From contig NZ_JBIPPD010000001.1 in assembly GCF_044368625.1 (NCBI RefSeq), positions 1 through 50,397 on the forward strand: a stretch of DNA of 50,397 nt, given 5' to 3'. How positions within the stretch are numbered: the stretch's first letter is position 1; each line of letters begins with the position of its first letter. The position numbers and the translations under genes are program-made. The notes under the pieces are model-generated. The model did no database searches. It saw only the letters and a list, made by a program, of their open reading frames with translations, and was not told the DNA's origin. Shown piece after piece: positions 1 to 8,359 of this stretch. Source of the DNA: Flavobacterium sp. (lineage in GTDB: Bacteria; Bacteroidota; Bacteroidia; Flavobacteriales; Flavobacteriaceae).

Positions 1-521
1 ATTTTTAAAATCTGTGTTCCAGAAAAACAATAATTTTATAGACTGTATAGTTCAAATGATTTCAAGAAACAAAATAATTTTTTGCAACACAGATTTGAGA
101 AATTTTTAAAATTGAAAAAATTTAAAGCATACTATAAATGTTTCGCTGATTTCTCTGATTTTTAAAATCTGTGTTCCAGAAAAACAATAATTTTATAGAC
201 TGTATAGTTCAAATGATTTCAAGAAACAAAATAATTTTTTGCAACACAGATTTGAGAAATTTTTAAAATTGAAAAAATTTAAAACATAATATAATGTTTC
301 TCTGATTTCTCTGATTTCTCTGATTTTTAAAATCTGTGTTCCAGAAAAACAATAATTTTATAGACTTTATAGTTCAAATGATTTCAAGAAACAAAATATT
401 TTTTTGCAACACAGATTTGAGAAATTTTTAAAATTGAAAAAATTTAAAGCATACTATAAATGTTTCGCTGATTTCTCTGATTTTTAAAATCTGTGTTCCA
501 GAAAAACAATAATTTTATAGA
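1..521. repeat. Tandem array of ~157-bp palindrome-containing units (at least 3.3 copies, cut by window edge)
   Basis: Units start at 1, 158, 323 and 480 (157, 165, 157 bp, then partial). Each contains the inverted pair AAATCTGTGTT / AACACAGATTT. Units differ at a few positions. Confidence 0.95.
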
Positions 522-534
522 TTACTTATTACAA

Positions 535-867
535 ATGGATTTACAAGACCAATTAAAAAACCTATTTCCGGACCACGAACCTTCTAACGAAGTCGAAGAA
601 TTTTCTGCCGAACCCAAGTCACTTTGGATTCAAAAAGAACCTATGATTTGCAAGTTTGAAAAGCGAAAAGGTAAACCCACAACAATAATTGCGGGTTACG
701 ACGGTGAAGAGGAAGATTTTAAAATTTTAGCCAAAGAAATAAAAAACAAGTTTGCCGTAGGCGGAAGTTACAAAGACGGAGAAATCATCATTCAAGGAAA
801 TTACCGCGACAAAATCATGCAATTTTTGCAAGAAAAAGGATTTAAAACAAAACGTGTAGGAGGATAA
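535..867 (+). CDS. Translation initiation factor SUI1/YciH family
   Basis: KRKGKPTTII, GGSYKDGEIIIQG motifs. ATG 535 (MDLQDQLK) is preferred because the upstream ORF extension lies in the repeat. Confidence 0.85.
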   Translation: MDLQDQLKNLFPDHEPSNEVEEFSAEPKSLWIQKEPMICKFEKRKGKPTTIIAGYDGEEEDFKILAKEIKNKFAVGGSYKDGEIIIQGNYRDKIMQFLQEKGFKTKRVGG

Positions 868-878
868 GACCTCCTAGC

Positions 879-980
879 TCCCGAAAAAGCGGGACAAGAT
901 CCCAAAGTGGGAAATACTAAATAAATTATAAAAGCCTATTGACCCCTAATAGGAATATCCCGAGATGTTGGGATTAGGGG
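879..980. repeat. Cluster of short GC-rich palindromes (REP-like remnants)
   Basis: TCCCGaaaaagCGGGA 879-894; TCCCAaagTGGGA 900-912; CCCCTAAT 943-950 / ATTAGGGG 973-980; ATCCCGAgatgTTGGGAT 957-974. Confidence 0.55.
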
Positions 981-986
981 ACCAAA

Positions 987-1853
987 ATGATACAATCTTC
1001 CGAATTAATACTTAACCCAGACGGTAGCGTTTACCATCTCAATTTGCAACCAGAACACATTGCCAACGACATTATTTTTGTTGGCGACCAAAATCGTGTG
1101 GAAAAAATAACTCAGTTTTTCGAAAAAATTGAATTTTCTACGCAAAAAAGGGAATTTAAAACACAAACGGGAATTTACAAAGGAAAGCGGATAACCGTAA
1201 TGTCTACAGGAATTGGACCGGACAATATTGATATTGTGATGAATGAACTCGATGCTTTGGTCAACATCAATTTAGAAACGCGAAAGCCAAAAGAAACACT
1301 TACATCTTTGAATATTATCCGAATTGGTACTTCGGGTTCTTTGCAAGAAGACATTCCAGTGGACAGTTTAGTAATGTCTAAATATGGCTTAGGATTGGAC
1401 AATATGTTACGTTCCTACGTGATGGATGAAATTTCAAATCCCGAAATAGAAGAAGCATTTGTAAAACAAACCAGCTGGGATCTAAAAAAAGGAAAACCGT
1501 ATGTAATTTCATGCAGCGAAAAACTAGAAAAGTTAATTGAAAGTCATGAAATTTTCAAAGGAATTACCGCTACTGCACCGGGGTTTTATGGTCCACAAGG
1601 ACGGGTTTTACGACTTGAAATTCAAGACCCTGAATTGAATAGCAAAATGGACAATTTTAATTTTGAAAACCTAAGAATTACCAATCTCGAAATGGAAACG
1701 GCAGCGATTTACGGACTTTCTGCATTACTCGGTCACAATGCTCTTTCCTTAAATGCAATTATTGCCAATCGCGCGAGCGGCACTTTTAGCGAAGATCCCT
1801 ATAAAGCAGTTGATGCGTTAATTGCTTATACTTTGAATAAAATAGCTACTTAA
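987..1853 (+). CDS. Nucleoside (uridine) phosphorylase, PNP/UDP family
   Basis: YHL, VGDQNRV, STGIG, IRIGTSGSLQ, GFYGPQGR and NLEME motifs. Confidence 0.9.
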   Translation: MIQSSELILNPDGSVYHLNLQPEHIANDIIFVGDQNRVEKITQFFEKIEFSTQKREFKTQTGIYKGKRITVMSTGIGPDNIDIVMNELDALVNINLETRKPKETLTSLNIIRIGTSGSLQEDIPVDSLVMSKYGLGLDNMLRSYVMDEISNPEIEEAFVKQTSWDLKKGKPYVISCSEKLEKLIESHEIFKGITATAPGFYGPQGRVLRLEIQDPELNSKMDNFNFENLRITNLEMETAAIYGLSALLGHNALSLNAIIANRASGTFSEDPYKAVDALIAYTLNKIAT

Positions 1854-1889
1854 AATTATTAAGAATAGGAGTATTAAGCATTTAATAAG

Positions 1890-2444
1890 ATGGATTTAAT
1901 AATAGAAACGCCAAGATTATTACTTCGCAAAATGCGTCTTGAAGATGCTGAAGCTTTATTTGAAATGGACAAAAATCCAGAAGTGCATAAATACCTTTGG
2001 CAACAACCATTTACTGAAATTCAAGAAATTGAAGCTTATATTGAAATGGTTAATAATCAATATCTGACTAATAAAATTGGTCGTTTTTCAACCATTCTTA
2101 AAGAAACCAACGCGCTTATTGGATGGACCGGAATTAAATATGTAAACGACCACGTCGAGAATGGCAACACCAATTTCTATGACTATGGGTATCGATTGAA
2201 CCAAAAATTTTGGAACAAAGGCTACGCCACCGAAGCTTCAAAAGCATGGCTGGAATATGGATTTAACCAAATGAACATCGAAGAAATGAATGCTTACACC
2301 CATGCTGAAAATGGCGCTTCCAATCGAGTTTTAGAAAAAGTTGGATTTACTTTTATCGAAAATTATCCCGACAAAGACGGTGTGATTTGGAAATGGTGGC
2401 AAATGAAAAATGATGGTTTTTACAACTTTCTGAATAAATCTTAA
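1890..2444 (+). CDS. GNAT N-acetyltransferase, RimJ/RimL type
   Basis: IETPRLLLR start; WNKGYATEA; NGASNRVLEKVGF. Confidence 0.9.
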   Translation: MDLIIETPRLLLRKMRLEDAEALFEMDKNPEVHKYLWQQPFTEIQEIEAYIEMVNNQYLTNKIGRFSTILKETNALIGWTGIKYVNDHVENGNTNFYDYGYRLNQKFWNKGYATEASKAWLEYGFNQMNIEEMNAYTHAENGASNRVLEKVGFTFIENYPDKDGVIWKWWQMKNDGFYNFLNKS

Positions 2445-2460
2445 AAATGAAATACGGAAT

Positions 2461-2486
2461 GAGATTGCTTCATTCCTCGCAATGAC
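2461..2486. repeat. Single arm of a REP-like intergenic repeat
   Basis: GAGATTGCTTCATTCCTCGCAATGAC resembles a recurrent bacterial intergenic palindrome arm (recalled, not searched). It abuts the next ATG. Confidence 0.55.
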
Positions 2487-3335
2487 ATGAAAAAAATAAA
2501 AATAGCAGGAGTTCCCGAACATTTCAACCTTCCGTGGCAACTAGCCATCGAAAACAACGAGTTTACGGATTACAACATTGATTTAGAATGGACAAATGTA
2601 CCTGAGGGAACAGGTAAATTGTGCGAAATGCTTCGCAGCGGCGAAACCGATTTGGCCGTAATACTAACCGAAGGGATCATCAAAGACATTTTGGCTGGAA
2701 ATCCATCGAAGATTGTTCAAATTTATGTCAAGAGTCCGCTGATTTGGGGAATTCACGTTGGTGCAAATTCAAGTTTTAAAACCGTTTCTGATTTAAAGGA
2801 TACTCGAGGAGCGATTTCCCGCAGAGGTTCGGGATCCGAATTGATGGCGTATGTCAACGCTCACAACCAAAAATGGTCCACTGAAAATTTGAAATTTGAA
2901 ATAGTAAATACCATCGATGGTGCGGTTGAAGCATTGACGAACGAAAAAGCCGATTATTTTATGTGGGAACGTTTCATGACCAAGCCATTGGTTGATCAAG
3001 GTATTTTTAGACGATTAGACGATTGTTTGACACCGTGGCCGAGCTTTGTAATTGTTGCCACTGATGATTTACTTAAAAATAGTCCAGAAGTAATTCAAAA
3101 AACACTGCAAATCATCAATTTTAAAACAAAAAAATTTAAAGAAATTCCTGGAATAACTGCAACAATTGCCGAACGTTTTCATCAAAAAATTGAAGATATA
3201 GAACATTGGATTAGTAGAACCGAATGGTCTCAGGAATCAATGGATCAGGAAATGTTAAACAATGTTCAAAATCAACTCTTTGAATTCGGCATTATCAATA
3301 AAAAAGGTACTTTTGCTCAACTAGCGATTCGCTAA
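2487..3335 (+). CDS. Type 2 periplasmic-binding-fold protein (NMT1/TauA-like), no signal peptide
   Basis: GVPEHFNLPW, GTG, LTEG, ISRRGSGS, FMWERF and TPWPSF pattern. Confidence 0.75.
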   Translation: MKKIKIAGVPEHFNLPWQLAIENNEFTDYNIDLEWTNVPEGTGKLCEMLRSGETDLAVILTEGIIKDILAGNPSKIVQIYVKSPLIWGIHVGANSSFKTVSDLKDTRGAISRRGSGSELMAYVNAHNQKWSTENLKFEIVNTIDGAVEALTNEKADYFMWERFMTKPLVDQGIFRRLDDCLTPWPSFVIVATDDLLKNSPEVIQKTLQIINFKTKKFKEIPGITATIAERFHQKIEDIEHWISRTEWSQESMDQEMLNNVQNQLFEFGIINKKGTFAQLAIR

Positions 3336-3356
3336 AAGTTGCCTTCCCATTGATTT

Positions 3357-4289
3357 ATGATTCAAGAAACAAGACAGAAATTACAAGTTCTTCGAAGTAA
3401 ATTCCAGCTGCAAAAGCCTTGGAACAACATTGTAATTTTTATACTTAACATTTTGATTTCCATTCCCGTTTTCATTATCATTCATCAAAACATAATTGAT
3501 CCTGAATGGCCACTACAAATTGATAGAATCCTACTATTTATACTCTTACTAGTTCTTATTCAACTTGTATTGAGAATGTTACAAACGATTATGATTATTT
3601 GTATGGGTTTGTATTTACTCGTTTTACTGTATGGAACAACTATTGGAAATTATGGTTTTAGCGAAGTTATTGAGGATTATCGCTCGATGATGTACCTGAT
3701 GCTCGATGATGCCAATCCGCAGGATTTAATTATTTCGAAACTGCTTCCTTTTCCCAATAAATCAAAAATTTTAAACGCCATTGATTTTCAAAATTCCAAA
3801 GTTCGAAATTTTGCTGTAATGGCCACAACCGAGAATTTTAGAGACATTAAGGGCTATAATGAGTACCGAAATACCATTCAGTGTTTTGCTGTTTTTAAAA
3901 AAATAAAAGAAAATTGGAATTATGTGGACGATCCAAAAGGCAGGGAATACATTGCAGCAGCAAGCGAATCAGTTCTTCATTTTTCGGGTGATTGCGACGA
4001 TCATGCGATATTGATGGCGGCTTCTATTCGAGCGGTTGGCGGGACTCCACGGCTTATTCATACCGGTGGTCATATTTACCCTGAAATGCTTATTGGAAAC
4101 AAAAAAGATTTAGAAGCCATCAATTACCTTATTAAAGAAGTACTATTTAAAAACGAAAGTAAAGGCAAAAAAATCCATTATCACATTGACGAACGCGGTC
4201 AAATTTGGCTCAATCTTGATTATACCGCACGCTACCCTGGAGGTCCATTTATGTCGGAAGAAATTTTGGGGGCGCTGACGTTGAATTGA
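3357..4289 (+). CDS. Membrane-anchored transglutaminase-like protein
   Basis: Three N-terminal hydrophobic segments; Cys-His-Asp triad in GDCDDHA, GHIYPE and WLNLDYT. Confidence 0.8.
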   Translation: MIQETRQKLQVLRSKFQLQKPWNNIVIFILNILISIPVFIIIHQNIIDPEWPLQIDRILLFILLLVLIQLVLRMLQTIMIICMGLYLLVLLYGTTIGNYGFSEVIEDYRSMMYLMLDDANPQDLIISKLLPFPNKSKILNAIDFQNSKVRNFAVMATTENFRDIKGYNEYRNTIQCFAVFKKIKENWNYVDDPKGREYIAAASESVLHFSGDCDDHAILMAASIRAVGGTPRLIHTGGHIYPEMLIGNKKDLEAINYLIKEVLFKNESKGKKIHYHIDERGQIWLNLDYTARYPGGPFMSEEILGALTLN

Positions 4290-4380
4290 TTTAACGGTTG
4301 TGTTTAGCTCCTATTTGGTTTGTTACATCAATTTCGTTGATGACGAAATGTAAATGCTTTTCATTGTTTTTGAGGTTTAA

Positions 4381-4418
4381 AACCAACTGCAAAAGAGGAT
4401 TGCAGTTGGTTGTTTTTT
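4381..4418. terminator. Bidirectional intrinsic terminator
   Basis: 12-bp stem AACCAACTGCAA / TTGCAGTTGGTT with T-run, between convergent genes. Confidence 0.85.
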
Positions 4419-5158
4419 TATTCTATTTTACAAACTTTTTTACTTATAATTTCGGTCTTACAAATAGCAGCACCTCCGTTTTCTTTAGTACCATAGGCAT
4501 ATAAACTATTTCCCCATGTAAATCCCCAATTTCCTACTTGAGTACCATCAGCGGGGTATGGACTTACGCTAAATGGGGAGCAAACTAATTTTTTGCATCT
4601 ACCATCTGTAGTAATACCACCTTCTTGGTTTGTAGTGTTTGACATCCATCCACTGGGGCATTGACAAGTAGTTTTAGTAATTTCTGGTTGATTAACCAAC
4701 CTTCCAATAGCTTGATCTGAATTATAGTTTTTAATACCAACTGCACTGTAAGCCCTAATTACTGTTCCGTTTGCTGCTCCATTTGCACATGCACAATCCG
4801 CAATTTGTTGTTTTTCGGCTATTGATAAACTTACTGCTGCATCTGAACATCTACGTTGACAATCTTTCCTATTAGTATCATTTTCAGGGAATGTTCCGGT
4901 ATACGTTTTATTGACCCTTCCAGTTAAATCCATACAAACTCCTGCTCGATCTTTTTTATCAGTTAAATCAGTATATGAAACAACACAAAAACAATTAGCC
5001 TTTGGTAATTTTATTTTAGAAACAGAAGAAACTTTAGTATCATTTTTAGTTTCTTCTATATTGACATTAGATTTATTTTGTTTTGTGTCTTGACCTTGAA
5101 GACTGTTTATAAAGAACAAGAAAGTGATAATAATGCATATTTGGTTTAGTAATTTCAT
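4418..5158 (-). CDS. Secreted cysteine-rich hypothetical protein
   Basis: Sec signal (..SLQG|QD); 13 Cys in the mature part, including three CxC pairs. No family recognised. Confidence 0.8.
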   Translation of the reverse strand: MKLLNQICIIITFLFFINSLQGQDTKQNKSNVNIEETKNDTKVSSVSKIKLPKANCFCVVSYTDLTDKKDRAGVCMDLTGRVNKTYTGTFPENDTNRKDCQRRCSDAAVSLSIAEKQQIADCACANGAANGTVIRAYSAVGIKNYNSDQAIGRLVNQPEITKTTCQCPSGWMSNTTNQEGGITTDGRCKKLVCSPFSVSPYPADGTQVGNWGFTWGNSLYAYGTKENGGAAICKTEIISKKVCKIE

Positions 5159-5178
5159 AATTGTTGTATTTTAATTCT

Positions 5179-5208
5179 CACCTACTCTATTTACTCTTTT
5201 CGGTTGCC
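5179..5208 (-). promoter_or_regulatory. Conserved 5'-leader hairpin, copy 2
   Basis: Minus strand GGCAACCGAAAAGAGTAAATAGAGTAGGTG; stem ends 21 nt before ATG 5158. Confidence 0.65.
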
Positions 5209-5232
5209 TAGTTTTTTAAATTTTATCTTTTC

Positions 5233-5913
5233 TTATTTACAATCTTTCAAAAGAAAACATCTACATTTTGGATTTTCCCTACAAGCAAAAACATCAATAT
5301 TTAACCCGATAGTAGTTCCAAGTGAACTTGCGCTTGCTTTTACTCTAAGTGCCATTTTGTTAAAAGTTGCAACCCTAACACTTGCATCAACCTGCCACAT
5401 TCCCACAACACTTTTATCTTTAGCTTCATATACTGTTTCTAGAAATAAATCTTGTTCATAAGCATCTACTCTGATGTAGTTGGGTGATGGGTTCATCCCT
5501 ATTCCAGCCATAGCATTGAATTCAAATTGATGTTTTTTTCCTAATTTTATGCTTGGTCCAGTCATTACAGAAATTTGTGACCATGATATAGAACCTGGTG
5601 GATTTGGAATAGGAATGTATCTTGGTGGTGTTTTTCGTTTTCTAGTAATACTTGCAACTCCATCGTTATCAAGAGAGCCTGTAGAAAAGCCAATTCTTGA
5701 AGCAATTCCCCAAGTATCACCCCAACGTTGTCCGATACCAAAATTTACACCGTTGCCTGCAAATAGAGGTCGACTTGGATTTTGATTTTCTTTTAAAGAA
5801 GAAAAGGTGTAACCTGCATCCAAACTAAATTGATGGTAGGGTTCCCATTTTTTTTGAGCAAAGCTCATTGCTGTTACGAATAGCAATGCGATGATTGTGA
5901 TTTTTGTTTTCAT
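5233..5913 (-). CDS. Secreted protein, probable outer-membrane beta-barrel with Cys-rich tail
   Basis: Signal peptide (..SFA|QK); amphipathic strands (FSLDAGYTFS, FEFNAMAGIG); tail CRENPKCRCFLLKDCK. Confidence 0.65.
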   Translation of the reverse strand: MKTKITIIALLFVTAMSFAQKKWEPYHQFSLDAGYTFSSLKENQNPSRPLFAGNGVNFGIGQRWGDTWGIASRIGFSTGSLDNDGVASITRKRKTPPRYIPIPNPPGSISWSQISVMTGPSIKLGKKHQFEFNAMAGIGMNPSPNYIRVDAYEQDLFLETVYEAKDKSVVGMWQVDASVRVATFNKMALRVKASASSLGTTIGLNIDVFACRENPKCRCFLLKDCK

Positions 5914-5932
5914 TATAATTAGTTTTTTGTTT

Positions 5933-5962
5933 TCCCTACTCTAATAGCTTTTCGGGTTTCGC
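5933..5962 (-). promoter_or_regulatory. Conserved 5'-leader hairpin, copy 1
   Basis: Minus strand GCGAAACCCGAAAAGCTATTAGAGTAGGGA; stem ends 20 nt before ATG 5913. Confidence 0.65.
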
Positions 5963-6177
5963 TTTGATGCTTTAAAAGCACATTACAAAACTGCAAACTA
6001 TCTAAAAATCAATTGATGCGTGATTAACTAAAAATGATTGGGTGGTTTAACTGCAATTTTTACCGTTTAATAACGGATGTAAAAAAGAGTCTTTAGCGGA
6101 ATGAAAATAATTTAGAATATTGTTACTTTGAATCGTAATAAAAACTAATTTTAACATAAAATTTAAATCTTCAAAAT

Positions 6178-6927
6178 ATGAAAAGCAAACTTTTAACTAT
6201 CGCCTTTGTAGTCTTGGCAATTGCCTTTGGAACGTATGTGTATCATTTTCCGCCAAAAATTGCCGAACCAGTGGCTCCAATGCCTAATGAAAATAACACA
6301 TGTACTGATTATTCGACCTCCCAAAAAAGCAAGTTGACCTCTGGACTAGTGTTTGACATGGTTCAAATGTACCGAAACAATCAATTAATGAATATTCAAG
6401 ATTTAAACGCCAGGAAAGTCATCAATGAAGATGCCTACAGTATTTGGTTTGATCTTGACACTCTAAAAAAATTCATTTACCATTTTGAAAAAGATATAAA
6501 TCAAAACAAGACGTATGCAAAAAACAAGAAAGGTATTCGAATTTATTATGCAGCTTATCCTGAAAAAATAGAAGAATGGAAAACAATTCCCGAATACAAA
6601 GACATTGCATTTATGGCAGATGATCCTTTCAAAAAAAGTTATGAAAAAAAACATACATTGGTCATGATTCCAACCTTGCAAAGCAAAGAGGGCAAAATTT
6701 ATGATATCAACTTATTTGAACCCAATACTTTCGTAAACGGCATTTCAAAAAAAGAATATACCAATAGAAACGGAAGTATGCTCAACATTTTTAGACCAAA
6801 ACCCCTGTATTCACTACTTCCAGCTTCGAGTGCAAGAGTAGCGCGACCAAATCCTGAAGAAGAAATTGCTGCGAGAAATCACGGTACTTTAGTGCCACCG
6901 GATTCCAAAGCTGGTTCTGGCTTTTAA
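6178..6927 (+). CDS. Exported/membrane-anchored hypothetical protein, candidate signal or signal precursor
   Basis: N-terminal hydrophobic anchor; blocks SIWFDLDTLKKFI, GIRIYYAAYP, HTLVMIPT and C-terminal NHGTLVPP; first gene of the two-component operon. Confidence 0.75.
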   Translation: MKSKLLTIAFVVLAIAFGTYVYHFPPKIAEPVAPMPNENNTCTDYSTSQKSKLTSGLVFDMVQMYRNNQLMNIQDLNARKVINEDAYSIWFDLDTLKKFIYHFEKDINQNKTYAKNKKGIRIYYAAYPEKIEEWKTIPEYKDIAFMADDPFKKSYEKKHTLVMIPTLQSKEGKIYDINLFEPNTFVNGISKKEYTNRNGSMLNIFRPKPLYSLLPASSARVARPNPEEEIAARNHGTLVPPDSKAGSGF

Positions 6928-6936
6928 TTTTAAATT

Positions 6937-7584
6937 ATGTACAGCATCCCACCTATTCTTAAAGATTTACTTCAACTTTGCGAATTTATCGCGTTGTTTT
7001 TTGGCGTATTAAAATTCAATTCTTTAAAAAATTCCTACTGGAAATGGTTTGTTTTTTATTTGCTTTACATCTTTACCTATGAAATTTTTTGCCGTGTTTA
7101 TCTATCAACTTTTGAAACAGAAATTCGATTATTTTTATCGCTAATTCAAATTCCTTTCGAATTTCTCTTTTTCTTTTGGTTGATTGGGTATCAATCGCTA
7201 CAACGAAAAACACTTTTTTGGTGCATAACAGCTGTATATTTATTGTCTTTTGGTATTGAAAATTATGCTTTTGATGAGGCTAAATACAGTTTTAAATCAT
7301 TGAGTCAATCTTTTGGAACTTTGCTCATGCTGATTCTCGTTGGTTTAGAATTTGTAAAACAAATTAAAAGCGATGACATTTTAAGTTTTACCTCTAACAA
7401 AATGTTTTACATCAATTTGGGAGTCATTCTTTTTTATATAGGCAACATGCCTTTTTTTGGACTTTACAATTTAATTTTAGATCATCCAGAAATTTGGAAT
7501 GGGTATTACAAATATTTTATGATTTCAAACTGTAGTATGTATTTATTATTTGCAGCATCTTTTATATGGGGGAAAATCAAATAA
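6937..7584 (+). CDS. 7-TM integral membrane protein, candidate sensor subunit of adjacent kinase
   Basis: About seven hydrophobic segments in 215 aa; overlaps the kinase start by 19 nt. Confidence 0.75.
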   Translation: MYSIPPILKDLLQLCEFIALFFGVLKFNSLKNSYWKWFVFYLLYIFTYEIFCRVYLSTFETEIRLFLSLIQIPFEFLFFFWLIGYQSLQRKTLFWCITAVYLLSFGIENYAFDEAKYSFKSLSQSFGTLLMLILVGLEFVKQIKSDDILSFTSNKMFYINLGVILFYIGNMPFFGLYNLILDHPEIWNGYYKYFMISNCSMYLLFAASFIWGKIK

Positions 7585-8357
7585 TTATTGCCATTATATT
7601 ATTTAACTTATTCTTTTTGCTGTTTATCGTTGGCATTATCGTTTTCATCCAACAATATAAACTAAAGAAGAAAGAACACCTTGCAACGCTTACATTTCAA
7701 CAAGAAAAACATCAAAAAGAACTACTCGAAAATCAAATCGAAATTCAAAACCAAACTATGCAGCACATTGGGAGGGAAATTCATGACAATGTGGGTCAAA
7801 AACTGACACTTGCAAGTTTGTATACCCAACAATTGGCTTATGAAAACAAAGCGCCTCAGATCAATGAAAATATCGAAAATATCAGCCAAATCATTAACGA
7901 GTCGTTAGCTGATCTAAGAGAATTATCAAAATCATTAACCGATGATTCGATTTCTAAAAATTCGATTTACAAACTGATTGAAAACGAAGTCAGGAGAGTT
8001 CAAAAAACGCAAAAATGCGCCATTACATTTGTTTCTGGTAAGTTAAAAGTAGTCCTAAACAATCAACAAAAATCAATTTTACTCAGAATTTGTCAGGAAT
8101 TTATACAAAATAGTTTGAAACATGCACAATGTAAAACAATTAAAATTGAACTGAAAAAAAATGACAATGAGTTGCTTTTTAAGCTTCAAGACGACGGAAT
8201 CGGATTTGACGCTTCAAAAACATCAAATGGGATTGGTATAGAAAATATAAAGAAAAGAACAAAAATTTTGAATGGTAGTTGCAATTTGTCAAGCAATGCT
8301 CAATCCGGTACTTGCTTACTAATCTCGATTCCTTTACACTCAAATGAACTTAGATAA
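7566..8357 (+). CDS. Histidine kinase, HisKA_3/NarX class, single TM, no sensor domain
   Basis: H-box REIHDNVGQ, N-box QEFIQNSLKHA, G-boxes DDGIGFD and GIGIENI. Confidence 0.95.
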   Translation: MGENQIIIAIILFNLFFLLFIVGIIVFIQQYKLKKKEHLATLTFQQEKHQKELLENQIEIQNQTMQHIGREIHDNVGQKLTLASLYTQQLAYENKAPQINENIENISQIINESLADLRELSKSLTDDSISKNSIYKLIENEVRRVQKTQKCAITFVSGKLKVVLNNQQKSILLRICQEFIQNSLKHAQCKTIKIELKKNDNELLFKLQDDGIGFDASKTSNGIGIENIKKRTKILNGSCNLSSNAQSGTCLLISIPLHSNELR

Positions 8358-8359
8358 AA

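Noticed and set aside
1-521. CRISPR array
   Set aside because: Whole units are near-identical with no unique spacers; the period is 157 bp and no cas genes are present.
493-534. N-terminal extension of SUI1 ORF
   Set aside because: It mostly translates the last repeat unit; ATG 535 gives a typical start.
7560-7584. 7-TM gene and kinase as one frameshifted gene (GGGGGAAAA run)
   Set aside because: The kinase has its own ATG and TM segment, and both ORFs end and start cleanly. Translational coupling is simpler, though ortholog comparison is needed to exclude fusion.
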